64,000 nucleotides of DNA from Chloroflexota bacterium (GCA_022824865.1 JAJDZD010000072.1:70848-134847); one strand, 5' to 3'; shown: positions 10,185 through 20,984, numbered from the stretch's first letter. Program-made: numbers and translations. The notes: generated from the letters alone by a model not told the origin.

Positions 10185-10652
10185 ATGTCGGATACAGCAC
10201 AGACCGGGGTTGGACAGGCAATCCGAGGGGTGGCCGGACTCGCCACGCTTGGCACGCTGCTAGCCGCAATTATCGTCACGATTCTGGGGATCGTCGGCGT
10301 CGTTGAAATGGACTGGATCGTTGCCGATCAGACCGTCAGCTTCGCCTACATCGTTGGCATTGGAACCGTCGCGCTCAGCCCGCTCGTCGCGGTCGGAATC
10401 GTCGCGATCGGCCTGGGCAACGCCATCGGCATCGTCGCCATCAGTGCTGGGAACGCCAGCGGCATCATCGCCATCTCCGGCGATAACGCCAGCGGCATCA
10501 TTGCCATCAGCGCCGGCGGCCGGGCCAACGGCATGCTGGTCGGCATCGGCGACGAGGCGCGGGGCGCGTTGGCCGTCGCCTACTCGGGACGCACGGCTGG
10601 GGCCTTCGGCAACTGGCCGGCTTGGCCGGGCGGCGAGTCTTCATCCGCCTGA
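10185..10652 (+). CDS. Small membrane protein with three tandem 13-aa repeats (NA[IS]GI[VI]AIS[AG])
   Basis: AAGGAGG RBS at 10170-10176. Hydrophobic Gly/Ala/Ile-rich sequence. Three tandem 39-bp nucleotide repeats at about 10417-10520. Confidence 0.5.
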   Translation: MSDTAQTGVGQAIRGVAGLATLGTLLAAIIVTILGIVGVVEMDWIVADQTVSFAYIVGIGTVALSPLVAVGIVAIGLGNAIGIVAISAGNASGIIAISGDNASGIIAISAGGRANGMLVGIGDEARGALAVAYSGRTAGAFGNWPAWPGGESSSA

Positions 10653-10868
10653 CTCCAGGGAGCTTCGAGGCGGCTCGTACCCAGCCGCGCGCCACTTACG
10701 GCATTCGTAGCAACCTGGGCTGAGCCACGCCCTCCCGGCAGCTAAGCCTGAACCGACTACAATCCAGCCGACGCCGGGGCGTCGGGCGCGCGCCCACCGG
10801 GCAGCGTGTAGCGGCGGGCACTGGTCGTGGTATGCCCTGGGATCTTGGGGGGCCCGCAAGCAGCACTC

Positions 10869-12941
10869 ATGTCCACCAGCCGCGCGCTAACAATCGCCGC
10901 CATCGTCGGGACCATCCTGCTGATCCCGGTGCTCGTCATCCTGGCGCTGGGCCTTTACGGCTCGTCCATCACCGGCGACTTCCCCCTGGCCGAGGATCAC
11001 GGCCCCGAACTGCAGATCGAACCGCCCAGCGGCGCGGCCGGGTCCGATATCACCATTCGCGGCGTGGACTGGGTGCCGCGAACGCTCGTGCGGGTGGAGA
11101 TGATCGTGGCCTCGGGCCGTCCGTCCCTGACCGCGGACGGTCAGATTGATACGGCCCGATTGTCATCGCCGGCCGTGTACGTCGGCGAGGTCATCGCCTC
11201 ACGGGCCGGAACATTCACCGTCGAGACGCAACTGCCCACCACACTGCCGCTCACCGCTCAATCAGCCATCAGCTTTCGCGCCGAAGCCAGCTACCGCGCC
11301 GGAGAGTTTGCCGGCGCCTCGGAAACCGAATTCGACGTCATCGCCGGCCCCGGCGTCATCGAAGCCACCGTGGTGGACGAAGCGAGCGGCCGACCGCTCG
11401 CCGACGGCTTTGTGGATTTACTTGGCCTGCGCGGCGATGTGCTGGCCATCGTGCCGATTGCGGCCGACGGCACCGCCGCCTTCACCGGGCTGGCGCCGGG
11501 CCAGGGCTATGACGTGCGGGTTCGCGTGCCCGGATACCAGGCGTTGCGGTCCGCCGGAGTCACCGTGGCGGAGACCGAACCTTCGACTGTGCGCTTCGAA
11601 ATGCCGGCCGGCCGGGCCGGCCGGATCGTGGCGGGCGGCGTGCCGCTGGTCGGCGCTCCCGCCTCGACCACGATGGCGGTTATCGATTTACCCTCGCTTA
11701 CGCCATTGCCGCCGGCCGCGGCCAGCGCTTTGCCGGCGGCCTGGGCCATCGCCTCGGATCCTGACCGCGGCCGTGCCTTCACCGTCGACGAAGTCGCCAC
11801 GCACGTCGAGGTGATCGAGGCTGAGGCCGGCGCCGCAGGACCGCCGATCCCGCTCACCTTCTCGCTGGAGGTGCGCGTCGTCGACACCGAAGAAGAGCCG
11901 GTGCCCGACGCCTTCGTGCGGCTGTTCTGGAACGTTCGCGGCACCCGCGTCTTCGTCAAGTCGGAGCGGACCGACGACCAGGGCCGCATCCGTGTTTCCG
12001 ACCTGATCAGCGGCAGCCGGTATGAGGTGTTGGCCACCGCCGACAGCCACTTTCAACCCTTGGGCGAACGCGTGTCCGTCGTGATCAAGCCCAACGTCAT
12101 CTCCACCGCCACCGTCATCATGCGCCGGGAGCCCCGGACCGAGCAGAGCCTTTGGTCGGGCGAGCCGGCCAGGGGATCCGGCGAGCCGGGGTCGGCCGGC
12201 GGCATCGGGTCGCTGTTCCGTCTGGCGCCCCTGGCGGGAACCGACCGCGCGCCTGCCACGGCATTGGTCACCGCGGACATCGCCGTGGAGCCCGCGAACG
12301 GCCGCGTATACGTCACCGGCTCAGACCTCGACCGCGGTCACCTCTTCGTGCTGGACCCGGACACTCGCCAGGTTATCCACGACTGGGAGGTTCCGGCCGG
12401 CGTCGGGGACATCGTGCCGACGGGCGACGGCAAAACCGTCTACCTGGCCAACCGCCCGTTCTCTACGGTGGTTCGCTTCAACGTGGAGACCGGTGAGCAA
12501 GAAGCGCGGGCCGTGGTGCCCTCCTGGCCCGAGGCCCTGATCCGTGACGCCACGGGCCGCCTGTTCGTGGCCAGCCTGCGCGACGGCAGCGTGAGTCGGC
12601 TGGACCCCGACACCCTCGAAGTGCAGCTCACGCGCCGCCTGGAGGAGGGCATCAACCGCCTGGCCATGGACGAACGCACGTCCACCGTCTTCGCCACAAA
12701 CCTCTGGACCGACACGGTGACCGGCCTGGACGCCGAGACCCTGGCCATGCGCTTTCTGTTGCCGGTGGCCAAGTCGCCGCGAGCGGTTGCGCTGGATCCC
12801 GCCAGCGGGTCGCTGATTGTCGGCAGCGCCGACCAGGGCACTGTGGCCATCTACAGCCCCCAGACGTTCGAACTGGCGCAGGCCCTGCGGCTGCACATCC
12901 CGATCAACGACATCGTGACCGTCGCCACGACCGACGCTTGA
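10869..12941 (+). CDS. Membrane-anchored protein with carboxypeptidase-regulatory-like beta domains and C-terminal YVTN-type beta-propeller repeats
   Basis: Start chosen at ATG 10869 (MSTSRALTIAAIVGTILLIPVLVILALGLY signal anchor). Repeated VxVxG beta-sandwich-like segments. C-terminal repeats (RVYVTGSDLDRGHLFVLD, KTVYLANRPFSTVVRFN, LFVASLRDGSVSRLD, LIVGSADQGTVAIY) typical of YVTN/40-residue beta-propeller family. Confidence 0.55.
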   Translation: MSTSRALTIAAIVGTILLIPVLVILALGLYGSSITGDFPLAEDHGPELQIEPPSGAAGSDITIRGVDWVPRTLVRVEMIVASGRPSLTADGQIDTARLSSPAVYVGEVIASRAGTFTVETQLPTTLPLTAQSAISFRAEASYRAGEFAGASETEFDVIAGPGVIEATVVDEASGRPLADGFVDLLGLRGDVLAIVPIAADGTAAFTGLAPGQGYDVRVRVPGYQALRSAGVTVAETEPSTVRFEMPAGRAGRIVAGGVPLVGAPASTTMAVIDLPSLTPLPPAAASALPAAWAIASDPDRGRAFTVDEVATHVEVIEAEAGAAGPPIPLTFSLEVRVVDTEEEPVPDAFVRLFWNVRGTRVFVKSERTDDQGRIRVSDLISGSRYEVLATADSHFQPLGERVSVVIKPNVISTATVIMRREPRTEQSLWSGEPARGSGEPGSAGGIGSLFRLAPLAGTDRAPATALVTADIAVEPANGRVYVTGSDLDRGHLFVLDPDTRQVIHDWEVPAGVGDIVPTGDGKTVYLANRPFSTVVRFNVETGEQEARAVVPSWPEALIRDATGRLFVASLRDGSVSRLDPDTLEVQLTRRLEEGINRLAMDERTSTVFATNLWTDTVTGLDAETLAMRFLLPVAKSPRAVALDPASGSLIVGSADQGTVAIYSPQTFELAQALRLHIPINDIVTVATTDA

Positions 12942-14056
12942 TGGACTGGCGATTTGTGGGCAACGCCCACGCCGTGCGGGTCGTCCGGGGCTCGTTGCGG
13001 GCGGGCCGGGCCGCCCAGACCTATCTGATCGTCGGACCGCCGGGCGTGGGCCGCCGTACCTTTGCCATCCGGCTGGCGCAGGAGATTTGGTGCGCCGGGC
13101 TGCCCGAACCGGTCGAAGGGTCCGACGCGTACCGGTTCCTGGACGACGCCAACGCCATGTGGCGAACCGCCGTGCGGCGCGGCCACCCCGACGAAGAGCC
13201 CGATCCGGACAGACTCACGACTGGGGAAGGCCGGCGCGTGGACCTGCGCTTCGTGCTCACCGCCTACAACGACCTGCACGTGCTGCGTCGCGCGGATCAC
13301 GCACGGGACATCGTGATCGATGGCGTGCGCGAGTGGGGCGCCGGGCTATACCGCACGCCCGCCACCCAACCCATGCGCATCGGCATGATTGACGCGGCGC
13401 ACGAGATCAACGTATTGGCCGCCAACGCGCTGCTGAAAACGCTTGAGGAACCGGGCGCGCACGCCATCCTAATCCTCATGGCGCCCCGAGCTGCCGACGT
13501 GCTGCCGACCATCGTGTCCCGCTGTCGCGTCATCGAGTTGGGTCCGGTGCCGGTGGCCGATATCGCGGCGCATCTGACCGCGATCTCCTCGCTGTCCCCC
13601 GACTCGGCGGGTCAGATCGCGCAGGCGGCTCGTGGGCGGCCCGGCTGGGCGATCCGCATGGCGCGCGACCCGCAGGCTTGGGAGGCCTACCGGAGCGCCC
13701 GCAATGAGGCCGCCGACTTTGAGGAAGCGCCCGTGCCCGCGCGCTTTCGCTCCGTGGACGGCCTGCTGCCGCGTGGCCGTATGGTGGCGCAGACCAACGA
13801 GGCCCTGGCTTGGCTGCGGACGGTCGAGGAGGCGCAGTCGCATACACTGCGCTCAGCGATGCGGGGCCTTCCGCGCGGCGCTCCCGCCGAGCGTCGGGCA
13901 GCCTTGGCGGGTGCCGTCGGGCGTCTGGCCCGACTGCGCGAAACGCAGCGGGCGCTGATCGCCAACGTTTCGCCGCGGCTCGCGCTGGAGGATCTGGCCC
14001 TGCGGCCGGAGCCCGACCCGGGCGACGCTCAAGGAGGTGGTCGTGGTCGCCGCTGA
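12938..14056 (+). CDS. holB: DNA polymerase III subunit delta prime
   Basis: AAA+ clamp-loader signature: GPPGVGRRTFA (P-loop), NALLKTLEEP, SRC motif (TIVSRCRV). Overlaps the preceding gene by 4 nt. Confidence 0.8.
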   Translation: MMDWRFVGNAHAVRVVRGSLRAGRAAQTYLIVGPPGVGRRTFAIRLAQEIWCAGLPEPVEGSDAYRFLDDANAMWRTAVRRGHPDEEPDPDRLTTGEGRRVDLRFVLTAYNDLHVLRRADHARDIVIDGVREWGAGLYRTPATQPMRIGMIDAAHEINVLAANALLKTLEEPGAHAILILMAPRAADVLPTIVSRCRVIELGPVPVADIAAHLTAISSLSPDSAGQIAQAARGRPGWAIRMARDPQAWEAYRSARNEAADFEEAPVPARFRSVDGLLPRGRMVAQTNEALAWLRTVEEAQSHTLRSAMRGLPRGAPAERRAALAGAVGRLARLRETQRALIANVSPRLALEDLALRPEPDPGDAQGGGRGRR

Positions 14057-15059
14057 TGCCCCCGCCAGGACCGCCAGCGCCATTGGCGTTCGCTTTCGCC
14101 GTGCCGGACGGCTCTACTACTACGACCCGGGCGATGCCGACTTGGCCGTCGGCGACTACGTGATCGTCGAGACGCCGCGCGGCCTCACCGCCGCGCGCGT
14201 GGTCATGCCCGCCACCGAGGTCGATCTTGACGACCTGCGCGGGGAGCTGAAGCCGATCGTCCGGCGGGCCACCGACGACGACCTCGTCAGCATGACCAAC
14301 TACCGCACGGAGGAAGTCGAAGCCGAGCGCGTGTTCGCCAGGGCCATCATGGAGAAGCGGCTCCCTATGCAGGCGGTGAAGGCGGAATACACCTTCGACG
14401 GCGCCACTCTCACCCTGCACTTCTCGTCGCGCGAGGCCAGGCTCGAATTGGGCGACCTGGTGGCCGAGATGGCGGCCCGCTTCCGCACGCGTGTGGAGCT
14501 TCGCCAAGTCGGCCCGCGTGAGCGGGCCGCCATGCGCACCGGCATGGGGCGCTGTGGCCGCGAGCTGTGCTGCGCGACGTTCCTGTCGGAATTGGACACC
14601 GTCTCGCTGCGGATGGCCAAGGACCAGAACCTGCCGCTGAACCCCGACAAGATCTCCGGCGCCTGCGGGCGGCTGCTCTGCTGTTTGCAGTACGAACACG
14701 CCGGGTACGTGGAGGACAAGCTGGCGGCCGAGGAGGCGCAGGGCGGTGGCGGCTGCGCCACCAGCGGCGCCTGCGATAGCTGCGGGGTGCACGAACTGAA
14801 GGACGTGCTGGGCCAGGCGGTGGCGCCGGGCCATGAGCCGGAGCCCCAGCCGGAAGCGCCTGAGCCTGAGCGGGCGGAACCGCGACAGCGGAACCGCAAC
14901 AGCCCGCGGCCGGCGCGTGGACGCGAAGCGGGGAGCGATCCGGCGAAAAAGAGCGAGGCTGATTCAGGGCAGGAGACCAGGTCTTCCAGCCCACGGCCAC
15001 GACGGCGCGCACGCCGACGGCGTCGCGGGCGGACGCAGCGGCGGCCGCAGTCCAATTAA
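14037..15059 (+). CDS. ricT: PSP1 domain protein (RicT/YaaT-like) with Arg-rich C-terminal tail
   Basis: PSP1 C-terminal domain with a Cys cluster (CGRELCCATFL...CGRLLCCLQYE). The holB-yaaT adjacency is a widely conserved neighbourhood. Confidence 0.7.
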   Translation: MVVVAADAPARTASAIGVRFRRAGRLYYYDPGDADLAVGDYVIVETPRGLTAARVVMPATEVDLDDLRGELKPIVRRATDDDLVSMTNYRTEEVEAERVFARAIMEKRLPMQAVKAEYTFDGATLTLHFSSREARLELGDLVAEMAARFRTRVELRQVGPRERAAMRTGMGRCGRELCCATFLSELDTVSLRMAKDQNLPLNPDKISGACGRLLCCLQYEHAGYVEDKLAAEEAQGGGGCATSGACDSCGVHELKDVLGQAVAPGHEPEPQPEAPEPERAEPRQRNRNSPRPARGREAGSDPAKKSEADSGQETRSSSPRPRRRARRRRRGRTQRRPQSN

Positions 15060-15112
15060 CCCTCGCGGCCCCCGTTGCCGGGGGCCGCGAGAGTTGAAGC
15101 TGAGGCTCGACG

Positions 15113-16555
15113 CTACGCGTCGTAGTAGAGCATGAACTCGTACGGGTGCGGCCGCAGGTTGACCTCGTCGGCCTCGCGCGTGCGCTTATATTCAAGCCAG
15201 GTGTCAATGACGTCCTGGGTGAACACGTCGCCGACCAGCAGGAACTCGTGGTCGGCTTCCAGCGCGTCCAGTACCTCGTAGAGGGAGCCCGGCACCGACT
15301 GGATCTTGGCCGCTTCCTCGGGTTCCAGCTCGTACAGGTCCATGTCGGCCGGCGGGGGCGGCTCGATCTTGTTGCGAATCCCGTCCAGCCCGGCCATCAG
15401 CAAGGCGGCGAACGCCAGGTACGGGTTCGCCGTCGGGTCGGGCGGGCGGAATTCCACGCGCCGCGCCGCCGGGCTGTTGGAGTACGTGGGAATGCGAATG
15501 CACGCGCTGCGGTTGCGCATGGAGTAAACCAGGTTGACCGGAGCCTCGAAGCCCGGCACCAGGCGCCGGTACGAGTTGGTGGTCGGCGCCGCGAATGCCA
15601 GCAACGACGGCGCGTGCCGCAGCAGCCCGCCGATGTAGTGACGGGCCGTCTCGCTCAACATGGCGTAGCCGGTCTCGTCGTAGAACAGCGGCGTGCCGTC
15701 CTTCCAGAGGCTCTGGTGGACGTGCATGCCCGACCCGTTGTCGCCGAAGATCGGCTTGGGCATGAACGTGACCGTGTACCCGGCCTTCTGCGCCACGTTC
15801 TTGACGATGTACTTGTACAGCATGATCCCGTCGGCGGACTTGACCAGCGGCGCGTACACCAGGTCGATTTCGGCCTGACCGGCGGTGGCGACCTCGTGGT
15901 GGTGCACCTCCACGTCAAGCCCGACTTCGCCAAGCGCCAGCACCATCTGGGTGCGCAGGTCCTGCAGCTTGTCGTTTGGCGGGACGGGGAAGTAGCCCAT
16001 CTTGTGCCGCGGACGGTGACCCAGGTTGGCCACGTGCATGTCGTCGGCGCCGGTGTTCCAGACACCTTCTTCGCTGTCGATGAAGAAGTAGCCGGTGTTG
16101 GCCGTCTGGTCGTAGCGGATGCTGTTGAAGATGAAGAACTCAGCCTCGGGACCCCAGTAGCTGGTGTCGGCGATGCCGCTGTCGATCAGGTGCTGCTCGG
16201 CCTTGCGGGCGATGTTGCGCGGATCGCGGGTGTAGGACTCACCGGTGATCGGGTCGCGGATGTCACAGGACATCACCAGGGTCGGGACTTCCGGAATCGG
16301 GTCCACGAACGCCGTGGCCGGGTCCGGCACCACCAGCATGTCGCTTTCCTGGATCTGCTGGAAGCCGCGGACGCTGGACCCGTCAAAGCCGAGGCCGTCG
16401 TCGAAGAGGTCTTCTTCGAGCTTGTCGATCGGCAGCGAGAAATGCTGCCAGGTGCCCGGCAGGTCCGTGAACCGGAGGTCGAAAATCCGGCAGTCGGCGT
16501 CGCGCGCCTTGCGCATGACGCTTTGGATGAGATCGTCTCGAGAGGGCTCAGACAT
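15113..16555 (-). CDS. glnA: Glutamine synthetase type I
   Basis: 480 aa with a canonical GSI sequence throughout (e.g. [11 protein letters not shown], adenylylation-region NPY). Confidence 0.9.
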   Translation of the reverse strand: MSEPSRDDLIQSVMRKARDADCRIFDLRFTDLPGTWQHFSLPIDKLEEDLFDDGLGFDGSSVRGFQQIQESDMLVVPDPATAFVDPIPEVPTLVMSCDIRDPITGESYTRDPRNIARKAEQHLIDSGIADTSYWGPEAEFFIFNSIRYDQTANTGYFFIDSEEGVWNTGADDMHVANLGHRPRHKMGYFPVPPNDKLQDLRTQMVLALGEVGLDVEVHHHEVATAGQAEIDLVYAPLVKSADGIMLYKYIVKNVAQKAGYTVTFMPKPIFGDNGSGMHVHQSLWKDGTPLFYDETGYAMLSETARHYIGGLLRHAPSLLAFAAPTTNSYRRLVPGFEAPVNLVYSMRNRSACIRIPTYSNSPAARRVEFRPPDPTANPYLAFAALLMAGLDGIRNKIEPPPPADMDLYELEPEEAAKIQSVPGSLYEVLDALEADHEFLLVGDVFTQDVIDTWLEYKRTREADEVNLRPHPYEFMLYYDA

Positions 16556-16910
16556 TGCGATGCCGCTCCTCGCGTTGGCAGCCCGCCCGCCTCCTGCGGC
16601 CTGGCCTGCCGGCTATATATGAAAAACGCCCCGGGGCATCACTGCCATACGGGGCGGGAGGATCAACGTCCCAACGCTCCCACGCTGGAGCGCCGATAGC
16701 CGACATGCATTGCCGACTTGCGGCAATTGTAGGCGGGGGCGCGCTCGACTGTCTACGGGTGGTGGGTCACGTTGATCAGACGCCAGTCCCGGGAGTGATT
16801 CGTGGCCTTTCCACCTCTCGCGAGTAGAGCAACGGTGGGCGTTGAGAGTTCATCTGCGGGGATGCCGATCTTCCCCTCTCTCCCCTTCTTCCAATGTGTA
16901 TCCTCGGTGT

Positions 16911-17120
16911 ATGTCACGCACCAACATCGACATCGACGATCACGCCTGCGCCGAAGTCATGCGCCGCTATCGACTTCCCACCAAGCGCGCCGCCGTCAAC
17001 TTCGCCCTCCGGACCCTCGCGGCCGAGCCCTTGTCCATCGACGAGGCTCGGGCCCTTCGCGGCAGCGGCTGGGAAGGCGATCTTGAGACCATGCGTTCCC
17101 CCCGCCCGCCGTGGTCCTGA
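16911..17120 (+). CDS. vapB: Type II antitoxin VapB ([10 protein letters not shown] family)
   Basis: Start ATG 16911 gives [20 protein letters not shown], typical of VapB-family antitoxins. Overlaps the downstream PIN gene by 10 nt. Confidence 0.75.
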   Translation: MSRTNIDIDDHACAEVMRRYRLPTKRAAVNFALRTLAAEPLSIDEARALRGSGWEGDLETMRSPRPPWS

Positions 17121-17509
17121 TCGACACCTCAGCCTGGATCGAGTTCCTGCGCGACACCGGGTCTCCCGCCTGCCGACACGTCGACGACCTGCTGGACCGC
17201 GACATCGCCATCTGCGATCCCATTCGCATGGAGGTGCTGGCCGGCGCGCGGGACGAGTCCCATCTGCTGAACCTCCGGCGCCTGCTCGCTCGCGCCGTGG
17301 TAATACCAATGCGCCCCACCGACTACGAGGACGCCGCTGCCCTCTATCGCCGCTGCCGCCGCCAGGGCGCCACAGTCCGCAAGCTGATCGACTGCCTCAT
17401 CGCCGCCGTCGCCATTCGCGCCGGCACGCCCGTACTTCATCACGACGCCGACTTCCACATCCTCGCCCGCCACACCAACCTCCAAACCCACGCACCCGCC
17501 CCCAGCTAA
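17111..17509 (+). CDS. vapC: PIN-domain ribonuclease toxin VapC
   Basis: GTG start overlapping the vapB stop. [10 protein letters not shown] (acidic D in beta1), later conserved acidic residues and a HHDADF C-terminal motif. Confidence 0.8.
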   Translation: MVLIDTSAWIEFLRDTGSPACRHVDDLLDRDIAICDPIRMEVLAGARDESHLLNLRRLLARAVVIPMRPTDYEDAAALYRRCRRQGATVRKLIDCLIAAVAIRAGTPVLHHDADFHILARHTNLQTHAPAPS

Positions 17510-17785
17510 CCAGAACCACGCCTAGCCTTTCCCCAACCGAGGCCCACGCTATTTCAAGCTGAACCTGCGAAGAGCCTGTCGAGGGGGATCCAACCGTTCG
17601 TGGTGAGCCGGAGCGCCGTCCCCTGCGCCCCGTGTCGAACCACAGCCTCCAGCATCCAAGCCACTCAGGCCATCCTCCCCCTCCTCATCTCAGTTCGCTC
17701 AGCTAGTCCCTCTCGCTCAGGCGCTAGCGCACTTTCCGTTCGCACTCGAAACTTGGGCAGCCCCGCACACATTCGAGGCACTCAC

Positions 17786-18598
17786 ATGCCCCCATTCGCT
17801 GAACTCAACAACCGCGTCGCCATCGTCACCGGCGCCGCCCAGGGCATCGGCCGCAACTCCGCCGTCACCCTCGCCCGCCACGGCATGCCCGTCGTCCTCG
17901 CCGACCTCAACGACGATCGCGGCCATCGCGTCGAGTCCGAAATCCAAGAAGCCGGCGGCCGCGCCGCCTACGTCCACGCCGACGTCGGAACCATGGCCGG
18001 CTGCGAACTGATGGTCCAAACCGCCCTCGACCAGTTCGGCGGCATCTACGCCCTCGTCAACAACGCCCGCTGGCACCCCCACGACAAGCTGGTGGACGTT
18101 ACCGAGGCCGACTGGGACCGCAGCCAGGACGTGCTCATCAAGTCCCACTTCATGGCCTGCAAGCTCGCCATTCCCCACATGATCGCCGGCGGAGGCGGCT
18201 CCATCGTCGGCATCTCATCCGCCCACGCCATCCAGGCCAACGCCATCGAGGGTCCCTACGAAGCCGCCAAGGCCGCCATCAACGCCCTCATGCGTAACGT
18301 CGCCGTCGCCTACGGCGAACACAACATCCGCGCCAACAGCATCCTGCCCGGCGGCATCATGACCGACGTCAAATACGAAGCCGCCGCCCGTGCGCCTACG
18401 CCCGAGCTGGATGCTCGCCAGGCTCTTCAGAACCCCATCTGCCGACGCGGCGACGCCCAGGACATCGCCAACGCCGTGCTATTCCTCGTCTCCGACCTCG
18501 CCAGCTTCGTCACCGGCGAATCCCTCGTCGTCGACGGCGGCCTCTCCATCGAACTCCCCGGCTCCGCCACCAGCCGAATGACCGGTCTCGACGTCTAA
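17786..18598 (+). CDS. SDR-family oxidoreductase
   Basis: Start ATG 17786 (MPPFAELNNRVAIVTGAAQGIGR = TGxxxGxG Rossmann motif). Catalytic YxxxK region (YEAAKAAI) and NAR motif are present. Confidence 0.8.
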   Translation: MPPFAELNNRVAIVTGAAQGIGRNSAVTLARHGMPVVLADLNDDRGHRVESEIQEAGGRAAYVHADVGTMAGCELMVQTALDQFGGIYALVNNARWHPHDKLVDVTEADWDRSQDVLIKSHFMACKLAIPHMIAGGGGSIVGISSAHAIQANAIEGPYEAAKAAINALMRNVAVAYGEHNIRANSILPGGIMTDVKYEAAARAPTPELDARQALQNPICRRGDAQDIANAVLFLVSDLASFVTGESLVVDGGLSIELPGSATSRMTGLDV

Positions 18599-18719
18599 CT
18601 GCCAGCCTTCTGGGTCAGACGACCAAACACTCGGCCGAGGATTCTTGGCGATACGAACGCAGTCACTGCTATAACAACATGATCTGGGAGACAAAGGCGC
18701 CACCATCGCCAGCATCATC

Positions 18720-18950
18720 TTGCGCAACCTCGACGAAGGGCTGAAGCGCCGGCTGAGCATCCGGGCGGCTCAAAATAGTCGATCCATAGAGGACGAAGTC
18801 CGCGACATCCTGCAGACGGCGCTCGGCCACCAGCCCGCGGTGCCGGAGAACCTGGCAACCGCCATTCGCGCCCGCTTCGCGCCCCTGGGCGGCGTTGAGC
18901 TGGACCTGCCGCCACGCTCACCCATGCGCAAGCCGCCCCGATTCGACTGA
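18720..18950 (+). CDS. FitA/VapB-like ribbon-helix-helix antitoxin
   Basis: ILRNLDEGLKRRLSIRAAQNSRSIEDEVRDILQ matches the FitA/plasmid-stability-protein RHH family. Track start is TTG 18720. The in-frame region is open from 18675, so the start is uncertain. Confidence 0.65.
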   Translation: MRNLDEGLKRRLSIRAAQNSRSIEDEVRDILQTALGHQPAVPENLATAIRARFAPLGGVELDLPPRSPMRKPPRFD

Positions 18951-18960
18951 AGCGGCCGCG

Positions 18961-19377
18961 ATGATCGTCCTGGACACCAACGTCGTCTCGGAGTTGATGC
19001 GCCCGAATCCCAGTTCCCGCGTCATGGACTGGGTGGCCGGACAGTCGGTTCTACGCTTGTTCCTCTCCACCGTCAGCGAAGCCGAGTTGCGCTACGGCGT
19101 GGATATCCTCCCACCCGGTAAACGACGAACCCAATTGCTGGACCAGATTGAAGGAATGCTCTCGGAAGACTTCGCCGGCCGCATCCTTCCCTTTGACCGT
19201 GCGGCGGCTCAGGCCTACGCCGTTATAGCTGCCACTCGACGCGCTGCCGGGCGTCCCATCAACCACGCTGACTGCCAGATCGCGGCCGTAGCCGGTTGCC
19301 GAGGAGCGTCAGTGGCAACCCGGGACGCCACCGGCTTCGAGGGGAGTGGGATTGACGTGATTGACCTCTGGGGCTGA
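18961..19377 (+). CDS. PIN-domain toxin (VapC/FitB-like)
   Basis: Start ATG 18961 (MIVLDTNVVSELMRP, classic PIN beta1). Lies 11 nt after the antitoxin stop. C-terminal HADCQIAAVA...ATRD motifs. Confidence 0.8.
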   Translation: MIVLDTNVVSELMRPNPSSRVMDWVAGQSVLRLFLSTVSEAELRYGVDILPPGKRRTQLLDQIEGMLSEDFAGRILPFDRAAAQAYAVIAATRRAAGRPINHADCQIAAVAGCRGASVATRDATGFEGSGIDVIDLWG

Positions 19378-19608
19378 TGGCAGATCGCAGGACTCAAGGT
19401 CAATCGTGCCCATCCGCGCCGTCCACGGGCGCCCGGCATCTATGATCTGCAAGCGCAACGGCTGCGATGCTGAGGCGTAAGGGCCGGATGTGACCAGCGG
19501 TCGGATGTACCGGAATCGTCTGACGATGTCCGAGGTCGCCATTGATCCGCGCTTGCCCCCGGCGGAAACCCTCAATCACTCGCCACGGCTACATCCGAGG
19601 AATCCGCT

Positions 19609-20325
19609 ATGCGGGTGACCGAAAAGCAGCTCGGCGGCTGGTCATTGTTGCTTGGCACTGCGGCGGTGGGATTGGGCTACCTCCTCTCGCCCGGCCGCGG
19701 CGCGGTGGACACGGTGCCCAGCACCAGCCTCAACGACCTTACGCTGGCCATGGCCCGCAACGCCACGCTGTCCTACACCGTGCCCGTCGTGATCATCTGC
19801 GGCGCCCTGCTCATGCTCAACGGATTCCTGACCCTGCGGCGCTATGCCGGTCCAGTCCCCCGGCTCGGCCTTCTGGCAATGGCCATCGCGCTGGTCCTGC
19901 AAATGACCATGCGCGGACTCGACTACATGATCGTCGGCATGGGGCTGGCGGCGCTGGAGAGCGACACCGTGCGGTCGGAGGAATGGCTGCAATCGGCGCT
20001 GGGAATGCAGCGAATGGTGTGGGGGCTGCACTTCACGTCCAGCGTCGCCGGCTACATCGGGATCGTGATTCTGGCCGTGGGTCTCGCATTCCGGCCTGAG
20101 CCCGTGCGTCTCCCACCCACCCTGAACGTCATCGTCGCCGTGCTGGCCGTAGCCTCGCTGGTGGTCTTCATCTCCGCCTGGCATTCGGACGCACTGGAAC
20201 TGGCCTTCGCCCCCGTGTTCGCCGCAATGTCCGTCGCCGGCCTCGTCTACATGGGCTTGTTGGGCCGGGGGTTGGCATCATCCACAGACCACCAGCCCAC
20301 CAAACCGGAAGCCGAACCCAACTGA
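19609..20325 (+). CDS. Hypothetical polytopic membrane protein
   Basis: GAGGAA RBS before the ATG. At least six predicted TM helices. No recognisable motif. Confidence 0.5.
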   Translation: MRVTEKQLGGWSLLLGTAAVGLGYLLSPGRGAVDTVPSTSLNDLTLAMARNATLSYTVPVVIICGALLMLNGFLTLRRYAGPVPRLGLLAMAIALVLQMTMRGLDYMIVGMGLAALESDTVRSEEWLQSALGMQRMVWGLHFTSSVAGYIGIVILAVGLAFRPEPVRLPPTLNVIVAVLAVASLVVFISAWHSDALELAFAPVFAAMSVAGLVYMGLLGRGLASSTDHQPTKPEAEPN

Positions 20326-20387
20326 TCGACACCGAGTCCCTCGCCCGCGAGTTCCGCGCCCGCGTCAATGCCCTGTCGTCCGCCAAG

Positions 20388-20984
20388 GTGCCGCGCGTCC
20401 GGCCCATCCGCCGCGAATTCTCCAGGAAAATCGCATCCGCCCAGCCGGAGCAAGTACTCGAGTTCGCCGCGCGCCTGATAGACCTCGACCTGCGAATCTG
20501 GGCCTACGAGATCGTCCATTACCACCGCCCCACCCTCAGGGCGCTTGACGCCGCAACAATTGAGAACCTCGGTCAGGGCCTCGCCGATTGGGCCTCGGTC
20601 GACGTCTTCGGTGGCTACGTGGCCGGCCCCGCCTGGGTGAATCGCCAGATCAGCGATCAGGACGTTCACCGCTGGGCCAGGTCCCCCGATCGCTGGTGGC
20701 GGCGCACCGCCCTGGTCGCCACCGTCGGCCTCAACACCAAGACCCGCGGCGGCTACGGCGACACCCCCCGCACCCTCGCCGTCTGCGAACTACTGGCCGA
20801 CGACCGCGACGACATGGTCGTCAAAGCCCTCTCCTGGGCCCTCCGAGTCCTCGCCCCCCACGACCACACAGCCGTCCAACACTTCCTCACAACCAACGAG
20901 CCCCGCCTCGCCGCCCGAATAAAACGCGAAACCCACAACAAACTAACCACCGGCCTCAAAAACCCCCGTAAGACATACGTCTGA
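20388..20984 (+). CDS. DNA alkylation repair enzyme (AlkD-like HEAT-repeat protein)
   Basis: Matches the DNA alkylation repair family (IWAYEIVHYHRP..., WWRRTALVATVGLN). The frame is open back to about 20322 and upstream residues (ESLAREFRARVNALSS) also look family-like, so the true start is probably upstream of the GTG at 20388. Confidence 0.6.
   Translation: MPRVRPIRREFSRKIASAQPEQVLEFAARLIDLDLRIWAYEIVHYHRPTLRALDAATIENLGQGLADWASVDVFGGYVAGPAWVNRQISDQDVHRWARSPDRWWRRTALVATVGLNTKTRGGYGDTPRTLAVCELLADDRDDMVVKALSWALRVLAPHDHTAVQHFLTTNEPRLAARIKRETHNKLTTGLKNPRKTYV

Noticed and set aside
13530-14834. 434-aa minus-strand ORF antisense to holB/ricT, plus similar long ORFs at 8275-9057, 2597-3535, 28382-29260, 34610-35131, 35543-36076, 41978-42169 and 61790-62464
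   Set aside because: Arg/Ala/Gly/Pro-rich low-complexity translations. They lie antisense to well-supported genes with conserved motifs. They are the typical product of GC-rich (GC3-biased) DNA lacking stop codons in the reverse frames.
16716-16736. Inverted repeat ATTGCCG-n6-CGGCAAT between glnA and vapB as a nitrogen-regulator site
   Set aside because: Short (7 bp arms) and does not match known GlnR/NtcA-type consensus. Kept only as a weak note.
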